Position numbers and translations under genes: made by a program
Notes under the pieces: model-generated
What the model saw: only the letters and a program-made list of their open reading frames with translations
The model's database searches: none
Told to the model about the DNA's origin: nothing
Part shown: piece by piece, positions 37,921 to 48,072 of the stretch
Numbering within the stretch: position 1 is the stretch's first letter
How the letters are laid out: each line of letters starts with the position of its first letter
IMG/VR virus record: IMGVR_UViG_3300045999_010033
Coordinates: 62,001-126,000 of that record
DNA: 64,000 nucleotides
Reading direction: 5' to 3' (one strand)

Positions 37921-40461
37921 AAATTTCTTAGCCTTTTGCGTTTCAGGAGTTGGTTTCGTCCATTTTAGTGCGTTATAGAAATCATCAATTTTATTATCCA
38001 ATTCTGCTTTATAAATACCCTCTCTATCAATATAGTTGGTTATAAAATCCATTATCTCCTGCGGGTCATTATAATCTCTAAAAGCCACTGCTTCGAGCCC
38101 TAATGGGTTTGTTTTAAGGTACACCCACTTAACTTTATCACCATCACGTATTGGTTCGTGTTTGAATGGGCAGTTGAAAAATTTAAGAAGTCTATTGTAG
38201 GATATTCCTGCTTTTACGTGAGCAGGTGTTCCTTTTTCAAAGTTTGCTACCGTATCTCCTTTTTTCCATCCGGCATCATATTTACTCAATTCTTTAACTG
38301 CTCCACCTTTTGCTATTTTATTTACAGGAACATTGATTAGGTTTTTTTTAAACTCCATAAGTTCACCATCAATATGTTCTTTGGACTTACCCATTAGGAT
38401 TTCTTTTAACATCTTTGCCATAAAATCCTGAAACGCTTTCGGAAACGATGAACGAACCACATCCAATCCTTTAACATCAAGTTTATCACATTTGATTCCA
38501 TTTTTTAGAACCATCCATTGAGCGTAACGTTTCTTTGCTACCCAAAATCCAGCCTTACTAATATATTCCTTTTTAATTTCGAAGCGATGCTTTTCTTTTG
38601 GAATGAAAAAGAATTTCTCTGCAAATATATCGTAAAACTTATTTAGGAATGCCTGCGTTTCTTCTGCAACGGTATTGACTTCTTGTGCCATCCTTTGTTC
38701 ATCAAACTCTTTGTATTCTGGATATCTATGTTTAATCAATGGCTCTGCCATCATATAGATAGAGTCGGTATCAATATAAACATTGTAATCATCTTTTGTT
38801 CCGAGTTCTTTCCAATATTTGATGTTTGCCATTTCCGCCGTTTTCTTAATAACAGTTTGGCCCGTAACAGTAACTGCCTCCGCATTATCAATATCGTAAA
38901 ACCGAAAGGCAGGAAGACCAAGAACACCATACATAGAATTAAGAAGGATTTTCTGAACCAGCTGCCTTTTAGCATAAAATTCATATTTTTCCGTATCGCC
39001 CGCATCACCATACTGCTTTTCTAATTTTCTAAATTCAACACGTTTTTCAAACCAGTCATTTAGAATATCTGCAATAAGGCCCGGTGAATCTTGAGAGTAT
39101 AGAACTCCATTTGCAGCAACACCTAAATTACCATCTATAATTACTTCATTTAATTCTTTTCTATTGTATTCATATTGGCTACCATCTTTTCCAACTAATT
39201 TATAAATCTGGTCTTCACCTTTAATCCATTTCTCTGGATTCCAATTTTGAATTTTACCAACCTTTGTTTCGGGGCTGATATTTAGTGTCATAATGATTGA
39301 TGGGTACAGAGATGTCAAATCCAAGTCATAAATCCAGTCATACTTACCAACGATGGGTTCTTTAACATATGCTCCAATGAACTTTTCCTCATTATTATCT
39401 CGTAGTGCTTGCATCCTTTCTTTTCGGTCCTTTGGTTTGTTGGATGCAACCAGCCCTTTCTTTTTAAGATAAGCAAGACAAGCACCTTCCAACCACTTTG
39501 ATGAAAATATGTAATCTTCATATGGGACAAATCCTGCATGACATACTGCCCTACACAATTCAATGAACTGAAGTTTTTCATCCATTGCTACAATCAATTC
39601 TACATCCACAATGTTATACTCAATAAACTTTTCCAAATCCTTTTCAAAAAGCTCATCAAGATTGCCACCATATTCTACCTTACCTCTGCCAATTTCTTTT
39701 TTAGCTATATAATCCAAAGTGTAACTCGGTTCAAGTGTGTATGTGTAGGTTTTATATAGATTAAGATAATCTAATATATTCACCCCACCGAATGAATACT
39801 TTTGTCTATAAGGTGACCAAAAACATTGACCGATATGTGATAATCTATCTGCGTTTTGTTTACCACAAACGTTTTTAATTCGATTGTAAAGATATGGTAC
39901 ATCAAAAAAATCTATGTTCCAACCAGTTATGATCGTTGGACAAACTTCCTCGTAATAATTAAGGAAAGCAAGTAGGAGATTTTTCTCGTTATCAAAAACG
40001 TGGACGTTAGCCGCCTTATCATTTCTAACAAATTTTTTATTATCATTTTTTATAATTCGGTTTTTATCTAACACAAAAACATCATATTCACCTGCCATTG
40101 AATCGTGTGCGGCAATTGATGTTATTTCATTCATCGCTTGTTCGGTAGAAGGTAATCCCGTATTCATTTCAACTTCAATATCAAACGCCATTATCCGATG
40201 GCCGGTAGAAGGTAAATCCGAATCGTAAATATCTACAAGCACTCTAGTGGTTTCGGGAATATCCGCCTCAAAAAGTTCATCGGTATCATCTTTATCCCAA
40301 CTATGGATACGCGTTAATCTATCACCATACATTGAAAGGTGTTGCCCACGTGGGTCTTTTCTGTATGCATATTTTCTATATGGCATAGTAAAATACCCTT
40401 TTTGGTCATCCCAAATATGCATTGTATTTTTATGACGTTCGTAATATATATTTTGATACAT
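37909..40461 (-). CDS. gp43: family B DNA polymerase with 3'-5' exonuclease
   Basis: FDIE, GWNIDFFD, YNIVD; DLTSLYPS, KILLNSMYG, YIDTDS; C-terminal KKFFEF. Confidence 0.97.
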   Translation of the reverse strand: MYQNIYYERHKNTMHIWDDQKGYFTMPYRKYAYRKDPRGQHLSMYGDRLTRIHSWDKDDTDELFEADIPETTRVLVDIYDSDLPSTGHRIMAFDIEVEMNTGLPSTEQAMNEITSIAAHDSMAGEYDVFVLDKNRIIKNDNKKFVRNDKAANVHVFDNEKNLLLAFLNYYEEVCPTIITGWNIDFFDVPYLYNRIKNVCGKQNADRLSHIGQCFWSPYRQKYSFGGVNILDYLNLYKTYTYTLEPSYTLDYIAKKEIGRGKVEYGGNLDELFEKDLEKFIEYNIVDVELIVAMDEKLQFIELCRAVCHAGFVPYEDYIFSSKWLEGACLAYLKKKGLVASNKPKDRKERMQALRDNNEEKFIGAYVKEPIVGKYDWIYDLDLTSLYPSIIMTLNISPETKVGKIQNWNPEKWIKGEDQIYKLVGKDGSQYEYNRKELNEVIIDGNLGVAANGVLYSQDSPGLIADILNDWFEKRVEFRKLEKQYGDAGDTEKYEFYAKRQLVQKILLNSMYGVLGLPAFRFYDIDNAEAVTVTGQTVIKKTAEMANIKYWKELGTKDDYNVYIDTDSIYMMAEPLIKHRYPEYKEFDEQRMAQEVNTVAEETQAFLNKFYDIFAEKFFFIPKEKHRFEIKKEYISKAGFWVAKKRYAQWMVLKNGIKCDKLDVKGLDVVRSSFPKAFQDFMAKMLKEILMGKSKEHIDGELMEFKKNLINVPVNKIAKGGAVKELSKYDAGWKKGDTVANFEKGTPAHVKAGISYNRLLKFFNCPFKHEPIRDGDKVKWVYLKTNPLGLEAVAFRDYNDPQEIMDFITNYIDREGIYKAELDNKIDDFYNALKWTKPTPETQKAKKFFEF

Positions 40462-40465
40462 TTAA

Positions 40466-42106
40466 TTAAATTAAGTTTTGGTTTGTATAAACAATTGTTG
40501 CGTTCATCCAACCATTTGGTATAAACAAGTCTGCTTTGTGAATTACTTGTATTTTTTCAATTTCATTTAAATTCAATTTACCACTTTTTAAAATACTTTC
40601 CAATTTTTTTGCAAGATTATCACTATTTCCACCATGAACCCAAGTTATAGTTTTAAACTTATGTGGCATAATAATTCTTGCACACAATTCGGTAAGGTGT
40701 TCATCATCCATTTGATTGGATTGCCATTCTTGTAAATGTTTATCGGAAAATGTTAAATCCAATTTGAATAGATACGTGCTATCATCATTTTGAGTTATCT
40801 TATACGAATCAAGATTATTATCGTTTAATAGTTTGTGTGTGTTTAGTATAGTAACCGCGTGTGATACGTGTGATGTATCTTTTAGAATGTTTTTATAATT
40901 TTCAATTTCCGCATCTTCATTCTTTTTGAGTCTAACATTGGATGTATCGGCTAATAAATTATGAAATTTGGCAATCTTTTTAACCAAATCTCTTAACGCG
41001 ATTGGAAACGTCGTATTTCTAAATTTAACTTTTAATCTAGCAAAAGGTATCATCGATTCTGGAGTTAAAACAAATATCCATTTTCTGTTATTATATTCCG
41101 CCGGCCATTGACTAGAATTCGGCCACAAATAAATGGTTGCAATATAAGTACCATCGGGTGATACTACATCTACTGTTGGTTTATCTAACTCTGACAAGTG
41201 TAATGGATGAATGTTTTGTTGCCCATTTGACATTCTATATAGAGTTTGTAATTTGTCAGTTTGAGATTTTCTAATAGTTTCATATGTGAATAAGTTTCCC
41301 ATATATTTTTCACCATCTAAATCAATTATATGCAACATATCACCATCATCAGCCGAGACCTGCTTCATATCAATATAATGCCTTATCAAATTTCCACAAT
41401 TTGATGGAAAATAATAATGTGAAAGTTTATTACTTTGTACAATTTCATCATTTTCAATCAGTTCATATTTCAATTGTTTCCCTATTCTATATTGATATCT
41501 AACTCTAGAAAACTCAATTAGCCCATAATAATCTATTTTAAATGGTAATCCTTTAAATAATTTAGATTTACTATACCAACCATTATAACTTTTCCCTAAC
41601 CCATGCTTTTCAATAAATTCATCAAATTCAACTTCATAAACATCCACAATTATTTTAACCAACGATTTTGTAAATTGTGTGGGTGTTAATGCCTCAATTG
41701 GATCTGTTGTTTCATAATTATATTTAGCAATACGATACTTGTTATCCGGAGTGACGTAGCCTATTTCTTCAAAATAGGAAAAATTATGTGGTGCGATTGA
41801 ACCACCTAATTGCGCCTGACCTACTGATTCACTTGTATTTCTTTTAATTTTACCTAAAGTTTTACCTATAAACTTTGTTTTGAAATCCTCATCGCTGCAC
41901 CTACTACTATTATTTGCTCGTAGTATATAGTAATCACCATCTTTATTTTTTACAATTTGGTTAATAACCATATTACCACCATAGCCTATGGAATTATCAT
42001 CCCATTCACTTAAAAAATTTTGACCGTTTATACCATGCTCATTTGGTTGATTTGCGATAAGAAAAGTTAAATCTTTTGAAAAGGTTTCAGAATACAATTT
42101 TTGCAT
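40466..42106 (-). CDS. putative degenerate GHKL/MORC-like domain + NucS/DUF91-like PD-(D/E)XK nuclease
   Basis: FLSEWDDNSI and VGQAQLGG resemble Bergerat motifs; D...EWQ....DDEHL..L...ITWV resembles ExQ-type restriction-fold nucleases. Confidence 0.5.
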   Translation of the reverse strand: MQKLYSETFSKDLTFLIANQPNEHGINGQNFLSEWDDNSIGYGGNMVINQIVKNKDGDYYILRANNSSRCSDEDFKTKFIGKTLGKIKRNTSESVGQAQLGGSIAPHNFSYFEEIGYVTPDNKYRIAKYNYETTDPIEALTPTQFTKSLVKIIVDVYEVEFDEFIEKHGLGKSYNGWYSKSKLFKGLPFKIDYYGLIEFSRVRYQYRIGKQLKYELIENDEIVQSNKLSHYYFPSNCGNLIRHYIDMKQVSADDGDMLHIIDLDGEKYMGNLFTYETIRKSQTDKLQTLYRMSNGQQNIHPLHLSELDKPTVDVVSPDGTYIATIYLWPNSSQWPAEYNNRKWIFVLTPESMIPFARLKVKFRNTTFPIALRDLVKKIAKFHNLLADTSNVRLKKNEDAEIENYKNILKDTSHVSHAVTILNTHKLLNDNNLDSYKITQNDDSTYLFKLDLTFSDKHLQEWQSNQMDDEHLTELCARIIMPHKFKTITWVHGGNSDNLAKKLESILKSGKLNLNEIEKIQVIHKADLFIPNGWMNATIVYTNQNLI

Positions 42107-42132
42107 ATTTTATGTTTTAAACTTTGATAAGT

Positions 42133-42164
42133 CTAATATACACAAATTATTTCATATTTCCAAA
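42133..42164 (-). promoter_or_regulatory. Bacteroidota sigma-type promoter
   Basis: TTTG-N20-TATATTAG. Confidence 0.65.
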
Positions 42165-42169
42165 AGGCG

Positions 42170-43009
42170 TTAGAACTTGTAAAGTCCCCCAATATTCCAA
42201 AATAATATAGTACCCTCCAAAGTATCAATGTTTTCTTCTAACCATTTCCATTGCTTAATATCCCAAAATTGATTACATGGAAATGGTGCGGAGTACCCAT
42301 TTAGTCTATTTTCAAAAGGATATTCGGATTTTCGAACATTTATGGGTATGTGTATTCCACTTTTTTTAAGTGTTTTATTAATTGAATGAACCGATGATAC
42401 ACACGTTGACCAAACCTTCTTATTAGTTTTTGGAAAAAAATCTTTTAGTTCTTCTCTATAAAATCCCCTCACTAATCCCGATAGTGTTACGCCACTACCA
42501 CTTGAAACTACTAAATTATCAAAATGTGAAAATGGTAATATCCTATCTGCTAAATAATCCTTATAGTAATCGTGATCAAATGCGTATGGTAACATTTGCC
42601 ATTCGTTTTTATTGGCATCCCTTTTTAAGGAATTATACATTACCTGCATCATGTTTGGTTTAATAGGATTTAAGTGCGTTTTAGGATATGAATTTTTAAT
42701 AAAATCAATATACTCTTTTGATATTTTTTTAGAATCAGGATATGATGCATAAAATTCAATATCCAATTCCTCACATATTGCCGCCAATACCCACGCCGTC
42801 CAACTGCCATCTACTGAAAGATGTGTCAGTGGTCTATCTTTCTTTATATATTTTTTAACCAATTCATACACCGCGGCAGTTTTGCCCCAAGGTGGTAAAA
42901 TTGTACCATCTCCCATTAAATCATCTCTTTTTACCCAAACATCTCTTCCTTTTACTTTATACAATTCCAAAGGTGTGTTCTCATTAAGACCGTTTAATTT
43001 TATGTCCAT
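42170..43009 (-). CDS. fold-type II PLP-dependent enzyme (ACC deaminase/D-cysteine desulfhydrase-like)
   Basis: TPL, VWVKRDDL, PPWGK (PLP Lys), VSSGSGVT, YWD-like FWDIK, LFWNIG. Confidence 0.82.
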   Translation of the reverse strand: MDIKLNGLNENTPLELYKVKGRDVWVKRDDLMGDGTILPPWGKTAAVYELVKKYIKKDRPLTHLSVDGSWTAWVLAAICEELDIEFYASYPDSKKISKEYIDFIKNSYPKTHLNPIKPNMMQVMYNSLKRDANKNEWQMLPYAFDHDYYKDYLADRILPFSHFDNLVVSSGSGVTLSGLVRGFYREELKDFFPKTNKKVWSTCVSSVHSINKTLKKSGIHIPINVRKSEYPFENRLNGYSAPFPCNQFWDIKQWKWLEENIDTLEGTILFWNIGGLYKF

Positions 43010-44505
43010 TTGTAGATTCCTTTATCGTTATTAAATAATTCATCACGCATATGTTTGGGTGAGAATCCATATATTTTCTCAAAATTATCCGATATGACAT
43101 ATGTCAAGTTTTTACGATTTTTAAAATTAATTATAGGGTCGTTGATAATAATATCTTCAATATATGTTTTAAAGTTTGTACCTTTTTGAAAGGCCCGCTT
43201 TTCTTGATCTAATATTTCGTCAGGTAGTTTTCCTCTAAACGCGTTTGCCAGAGGTAATTTCCATTGATTTCCTACCGAAAGAAATTCATTTGGTAAGTTT
43301 GTAGTATAATTTAAAAAATCTACATCAAAAAATGGACAACGCAATTCAATTGTACCGTAATTCATAAAGATTGTATTTCCTCTCAATAAGTTACCGTAGT
43401 ATTGTTTTTCAAACAACTTTTTTCGAATATCACTCCAATCGGGTTTTTTGCTAAACATTCTGAACATACCATATGATCCGTACGCCTCATCTGAGCCTTC
43501 ACCACTAAACGCAACTTTGATGCCATCCTTTGCCATTTGTTCGGCAATAAATGATTGTAAAACTCCCACTTCCATCTGAACCGTTGATGGGTATTCAATA
43601 ACTTTTATAGATTCAAGAAACCTTTGCTTTATTATAGCATCATCTTTCGGTACAAAAACTTCAACAAGTTCTATCCCCAAATATTTGGCACAAACTCTTG
43701 CTTTTTGCAAATCTTTTGATGATTGGTCAAACGCAATCGTATATGCTTTAAGATTTGGTATCCGCTTAGATAATAGGTAAGTAATTACTGCAGAATCGAT
43801 TCCACCACTCAGAGAAGTTGCAATCGGGACATCCGATAATAATCTCTTATCTACTGCAGTTTCCAATAACTTAAATGTTGTTTCCGAAACGTCTTCGTGT
43901 GATGTTGCTTCGGTTGGTGTTTCTGAAAAAGAAAAATAGTAATCACTGCATACTTTTAATTTATTTGTATCAAGATTAATTTCTACAAGAGAATTTTTTG
44001 GTACAAATTTAATTTCAGAACTTCTATATTTTGTTGCGATTGCCTTTATTTCACTTGCAATTATATATTCGTTTTTGTTCAGGATATATAATGGTAGTTT
44101 CCCAACCCAATCTCTAGATAAAATCAATTTATTTTTATCGTAAATAACAAAAGAAAACATACCAGTTAACCTGCGTAGTTCGTTTTCTTTATATAAAAAC
44201 AATATTATTTCCGAATCTGAATTTGATTTAAACGTATATCCTCTCTTTTCATATTCTAATCTGAGTTCCGGATAATTCCATATTTCTCCATTTACTATTA
44301 ACCAAGTATTTTCATATTGCATTGGTTGGTTACCCGATTCGGATATATCATTTATAGACAATCGATTGTGTCCTAATATTATTTTTTTATCTTTGTATGT
44401 AAATTCTTGAATACCTCTATTATCTTTGCCACGATGCTCAATCTCGTTAAGCATTGTGTTTACATCATCTTTACTACAACCAATTGTTGCAACAATTCCA
44501 CACAT
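43000..44505 (-). CDS. asnB: asparagine synthetase B-like glutamine amidotransferase/ATP-dependent amide ligase
   Basis: MCGI, HRG, HNRLSI, GNQPM, NGEIWN, SDSE, SLSGGIDS, SGEGSDE, ELRCPF. Confidence 0.92.
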   Translation of the reverse strand: MCGIVATIGCSKDDVNTMLNEIEHRGKDNRGIQEFTYKDKKIILGHNRLSINDISESGNQPMQYENTWLIVNGEIWNYPELRLEYEKRGYTFKSNSDSEIILFLYKENELRRLTGMFSFVIYDKNKLILSRDWVGKLPLYILNKNEYIIASEIKAIATKYRSSEIKFVPKNSLVEINLDTNKLKVCSDYYFSFSETPTEATSHEDVSETTFKLLETAVDKRLLSDVPIATSLSGGIDSAVITYLLSKRIPNLKAYTIAFDQSSKDLQKARVCAKYLGIELVEVFVPKDDAIIKQRFLESIKVIEYPSTVQMEVGVLQSFIAEQMAKDGIKVAFSGEGSDEAYGSYGMFRMFSKKPDWSDIRKKLFEKQYYGNLLRGNTIFMNYGTIELRCPFFDVDFLNYTTNLPNEFLSVGNQWKLPLANAFRGKLPDEILDQEKRAFQKGTNFKTYIEDIIINDPIINFKNRKNLTYVISDNFEKIYGFSPKHMRDELFNNDKGIYKWT

Positions 44506-44506
44506 A

Positions 44507-45205
44507 TTATTTATTTAATATTTTTAGTAACTCTATGGTTTTTTTCTTTTCGTCGTTCATAGTTCCTATGTGGCAGGAACATGCCAATACTGATACTTTT
44601 TCTAAAGTCAATCCACTTTCTCTAGCTAAGAATTTTCCCATACTTACTAATGCAGAATAATCTGCGTATCCACTTTTAGATACTCGGTTTGAACGTAATA
44701 TTGATGTCAAATATAACTTTCCATTTCTTGGTTTAAGATCAATTGCAATCATACATGGTTGTGAATATTGATTTTTTGCATCACGAAGTGGTTCGTAAAT
44801 GATTAATTCACACCTTTTTACTGCCTTGCCAGTTTTTAATATTTTGATTACATTTTCTACTTGATTAAAAGCACCATTCCAAGATACCATTCTTCCCCAA
44901 TAGCTATCGTACCATTTATCTTTTATAAAAGAATATTCAAGTCCTTCTTCTTCACTGAAGAACTGATTATCGGATTTTTTCATTTGTGGTTCTACAAATG
45001 TTACTGATGAGGCAAAATCAATTCTATCATCTCCCATTATTTGCCTGAAGTGTGGGTCAAACCAATCATCGTTTTGAAATGTGGTTATCTCTGTCATAAC
45101 ATTTAGCTCTTCGGTCAAATCACCTACTTTAATTCCATTTTCTAAAAGATGCTTGGATACTTTTACCCATGCATCGCCAGGAGAAACTGCTTGAATAACT
45201 GTCAT
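44507..45205 (-). CDS. divergent thymidylate-synthase-fold enzyme, predicted cytosine-directed
   Basis: SYWGR, NQ, PC catalytic Cys, RSNRVSKSGYAD (Asp at TS Asn177 position), SCHIG. Confidence 0.8.
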   Translation of the reverse strand: MTVIQAVSPGDAWVKVSKHLLENGIKVGDLTEELNVMTEITTFQNDDWFDPHFRQIMGDDRIDFASSVTFVEPQMKKSDNQFFSEEEGLEYSFIKDKWYDSYWGRMVSWNGAFNQVENVIKILKTGKAVKRCELIIYEPLRDAKNQYSQPCMIAIDLKPRNGKLYLTSILRSNRVSKSGYADYSALVSMGKFLARESGLTLEKVSVLACSCHIGTMNDEKKKTIELLKILNK

Positions 45206-45210
45206 TTTGT

Positions 45211-46782
45211 TTATGGTTTATAAAATACAAAAATAGGTTCGTATTTGTATGATTGTCCTTCTATTTGCATACTATTTTTTGCTTTAGATAAATCCATACC
45301 TGTCATAGGACTCATTGTCATTTTTATTTTACCCCGATATTCACACCCCAATTCGGTAAGAATGTTAATACTATCTTGTTCAAGTGGATACCATTTATCG
45401 GGTCCTACTTTTATATCTGCAATGTTCCAACAAATATATCTATCATTTCTCAAATATTCAAAAGCGGTAGTTAACGTGGGTTTCAAAAATCCATCTCTCC
45501 AACTTTCATAGTTGTTAAATTTCTTAAATGATTGGGTATCATCATCGGAATATCTTTCTCTATCAAAATATGGTGGAGATGTAAAAACAAAATCCAATTT
45601 GCCTTTATATTTTTGAAATCTTACTTCATTGTGAATTATTTCAGACCCGGTTGTAAAAATATCATAGGTATTCGCGTGACCCCAAAATGAGTTAGCTGCT
45701 CCAGGTACTTTGTTATTAAAAAACTCCGCAAGGTATTCATATCTTGTTTTTCCTATTTCAGGAATCCAATTTTCGGTATTAGGGTCGTTTCCAATATAGT
45801 GGATATTTCTATCATCAATAGAAAGAGCACCCAATATTCTTCCACCCCATCCTGCCGACGGGTCGTAGATGTTAATAACTTTTTGATTTTTTATATGGGT
45901 TGTGAATCTTTGATATAAATATTTTGCAGTAAGTGGTGGAAAGTTTACCACCGCTTGTGTTCCCATTCCAATACGAAATGCGGCAGTGGCTTCAGGAAAT
46001 ATTCTTTGCCCTAATGGATAGATTTTTATTTGAATTGGTTGCTTTGGTAAATCAACCAAATTATCTATATTTTCACCCCAGTCGGCGGTTCTAAGTGATG
46101 AAATATTTTCATATTTTAAGATACCCTCCTTATAAAGTTCTTTTACCTCTTGCGCGGTGATTGGTGCAGATGGCACTTTACTATCTGCTTGTGAAAGGCA
46201 AAACCCATAACCTTCTTTTTTATCCCCATTCGCCCATTTTATTATCCATTCTTTGCCACTTTGAATATGAGAGTTATGGAATTCGGGATTATTAATATGT
46301 AGTGTTTTTGAAAACCTATACATACCATCTTGGCGGGTCAACCTTCTCATTTGTTTAATGAATTCTGGCAAGTAAGTATCATCTGAAAATACATCGTATA
46401 TCGATGGTTTTGGCTTTTCGTAAGTAGAACCACCAATTCCAGTTTTATACATTGCTGGAAAAAATTGATTTACCGGTGTAGCAAATTTATTAAAGTTAAA
46501 AATTACTTCATCGCCATTATCATCTTTTTCTTCAAACTCATTTACTTTGTAAGTTTGTAGTTTTGAAAATTGTTCAATCATTTCTGATTCATCTACCCCA
46601 ATCCGAGGAGGTGCACCGGTTTCATTCCATTTTCTTACTGCCAATTCTCTGAAAAATGCTACCCATTCTTCAAATTGTTTGAATGGCATTTTAAGAACAT
46701 CTTCATAAAGTAAGTTTACTTCAGGTTCGTACAACCAATCATTTTTTTCGTAAAAATATTTTTTTGAATAATTGAAGCCCAT
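45211..46782 (-). CDS. amino-group DNA methyltransferase-like protein (SPPY)
   Basis: NFPP, YDPSAGWGGR (motif I), FTSPPYF..E.YS (motif IV), WNIAD, EPIF. Confidence 0.85.
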   Translation of the reverse strand: MGFNYSKKYFYEKNDWLYEPEVNLLYEDVLKMPFKQFEEWVAFFRELAVRKWNETGAPPRIGVDESEMIEQFSKLQTYKVNEFEEKDDNGDEVIFNFNKFATPVNQFFPAMYKTGIGGSTYEKPKPSIYDVFSDDTYLPEFIKQMRRLTRQDGMYRFSKTLHINNPEFHNSHIQSGKEWIIKWANGDKKEGYGFCLSQADSKVPSAPITAQEVKELYKEGILKYENISSLRTADWGENIDNLVDLPKQPIQIKIYPLGQRIFPEATAAFRIGMGTQAVVNFPPLTAKYLYQRFTTHIKNQKVINIYDPSAGWGGRILGALSIDDRNIHYIGNDPNTENWIPEIGKTRYEYLAEFFNNKVPGAANSFWGHANTYDIFTTGSEIIHNEVRFQKYKGKLDFVFTSPPYFDRERYSDDDTQSFKKFNNYESWRDGFLKPTLTTAFEYLRNDRYICWNIADIKVGPDKWYPLEQDSINILTELGCEYRGKIKMTMSPMTGMDLSKAKNSMQIEGQSYKYEPIFVFYKP

Positions 46783-46798
46783 GTTGATTAATTATAAT

Positions 46799-46830
46799 TA
46801 AATATATGATTTATTATTGTATTTTACAAA
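46799..46830 (-). promoter_or_regulatory. Bacteroidota sigma-type promoter for the MTase-TS-AsnB-PLP operon
   Basis: TTTG-N20-TATATTTA. Confidence 0.65.
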
Positions 46831-48063
46831 TCATTTTTGCCAAATCCATATGGGTTCACCAAAGGCATGATTTTTTGTTTGTTCTGCTTTTTCTTTAAAT
46901 TCATCTGAAAAATAATCAGAAGCGGCTGTGCCTGCTCCACCACTATTTGGTCGTTTTGTCATTTCCATGCCTATACATCCCCTATAAGTAAGCCCTTTTG
47001 ATTCCAAAAAATCATTCATGGGGTTTACGATGGGAACATATCCTTTATCAGGAGATGAATATACATCGGATATGTTTATTGCCAAAATTCCATTTGTTTT
47101 TATTGTTGGTATGATTTTGTCAAGTGTTTTGTGTAAAAAATTTTTATTCCAATCATCAACTGATTTATATCTAACCCAGCTTTGGGTATCATCGTATGAA
47201 TATTTTTCAGTATTGAAATATGGTGGTGAAGTAAAAACTGTATCAAAAAAGTTTTCAAATCTAGAATAGTCTAAGTCTTCCGCAGGAGATTCTATCATTT
47301 CTGCAGTTTTTTCATTTTCAAAAAAAGTTTTATTCTTTTTATAAAATTCAATTTGTTTTTTATAACCTTCGGTGTTTGTCTTATTTGGATCTATTCCAAC
47401 ATAATTCTTTCCATATTCACTTGCAAAAAATCCACAAAGTCTATCTCCCCATCCTGCCGAAAAATCTAATATATTTTCAGATTTAAAGTAATCATAAAAC
47501 GCCTTTGCAATAGCCGGTTTAAATTGAGCAGGTACATACTTTCTCATCTGAATGGCTAATATGATATTTTTTTTATTTACCATATCTAAACTTTGTTCAA
47601 GTGTAAAGAACGCCCGAACAACAGTTCGTATACCTTTTGGTGTTTGCCATGTTTTCCACGGAGAGGGCATTCTAATCCAATCAACTTTGTGTCTGGTTTG
47701 AATATGAAATATATTAGATGCCTTATTACCGGTAATTGTTTTTTTAAAAAACATTGGTTTACCACCGAATGTTAAATCATATGCTGAATTATTTTCGTTT
47801 CTTGGAAACCATTCACCTTCTACAAGGATGTCTGGCCACCATGTCCCTTTTAATTTTCTAAAATCCTCCAATACTTCATCGGCGGTTAGTTCAGGAAATG
47901 GATATGGATATGTAAACAACACTTCTGAAATCTCTTCTACTATTTCTTCTTTTTCCCAAGTTTTTTTTATCCAATCCCATTCTTCCTTTTCAATGGTAAG
48001 ATATGGGTGCATCCCATAAAACTTTTTGAAATAATCTTTTATTGTAACTTTTTGAGAAGACAT
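46831..48063 (-). CDS. amino-group DNA methyltransferase-like protein (SPPY)
   Basis: QFKP, LDFSAGWGDR, FTSPPYF..E.YS, INISD, EPIW. Confidence 0.85.
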   Translation of the reverse strand: MSSQKVTIKDYFKKFYGMHPYLTIEKEEWDWIKKTWEKEEIVEEISEVLFTYPYPFPELTADEVLEDFRKLKGTWWPDILVEGEWFPRNENNSAYDLTFGGKPMFFKKTITGNKASNIFHIQTRHKVDWIRMPSPWKTWQTPKGIRTVVRAFFTLEQSLDMVNKKNIILAIQMRKYVPAQFKPAIAKAFYDYFKSENILDFSAGWGDRLCGFFASEYGKNYVGIDPNKTNTEGYKKQIEFYKKNKTFFENEKTAEMIESPAEDLDYSRFENFFDTVFTSPPYFNTEKYSYDDTQSWVRYKSVDDWNKNFLHKTLDKIIPTIKTNGILAINISDVYSSPDKGYVPIVNPMNDFLESKGLTYRGCIGMEMTKRPNSGGAGTAASDYFSDEFKEKAEQTKNHAFGEPIWIWQK

Positions 48064-48072
48064 ATGTAATTT

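Noticed and set aside
43000-44505. 7-deazaguanine (QueC/Gat-QueC) pathway
   Set aside because: Protein has AsnB motifs without the QueC Cys cluster, and no folE/queD/queE/dpdA are in the window
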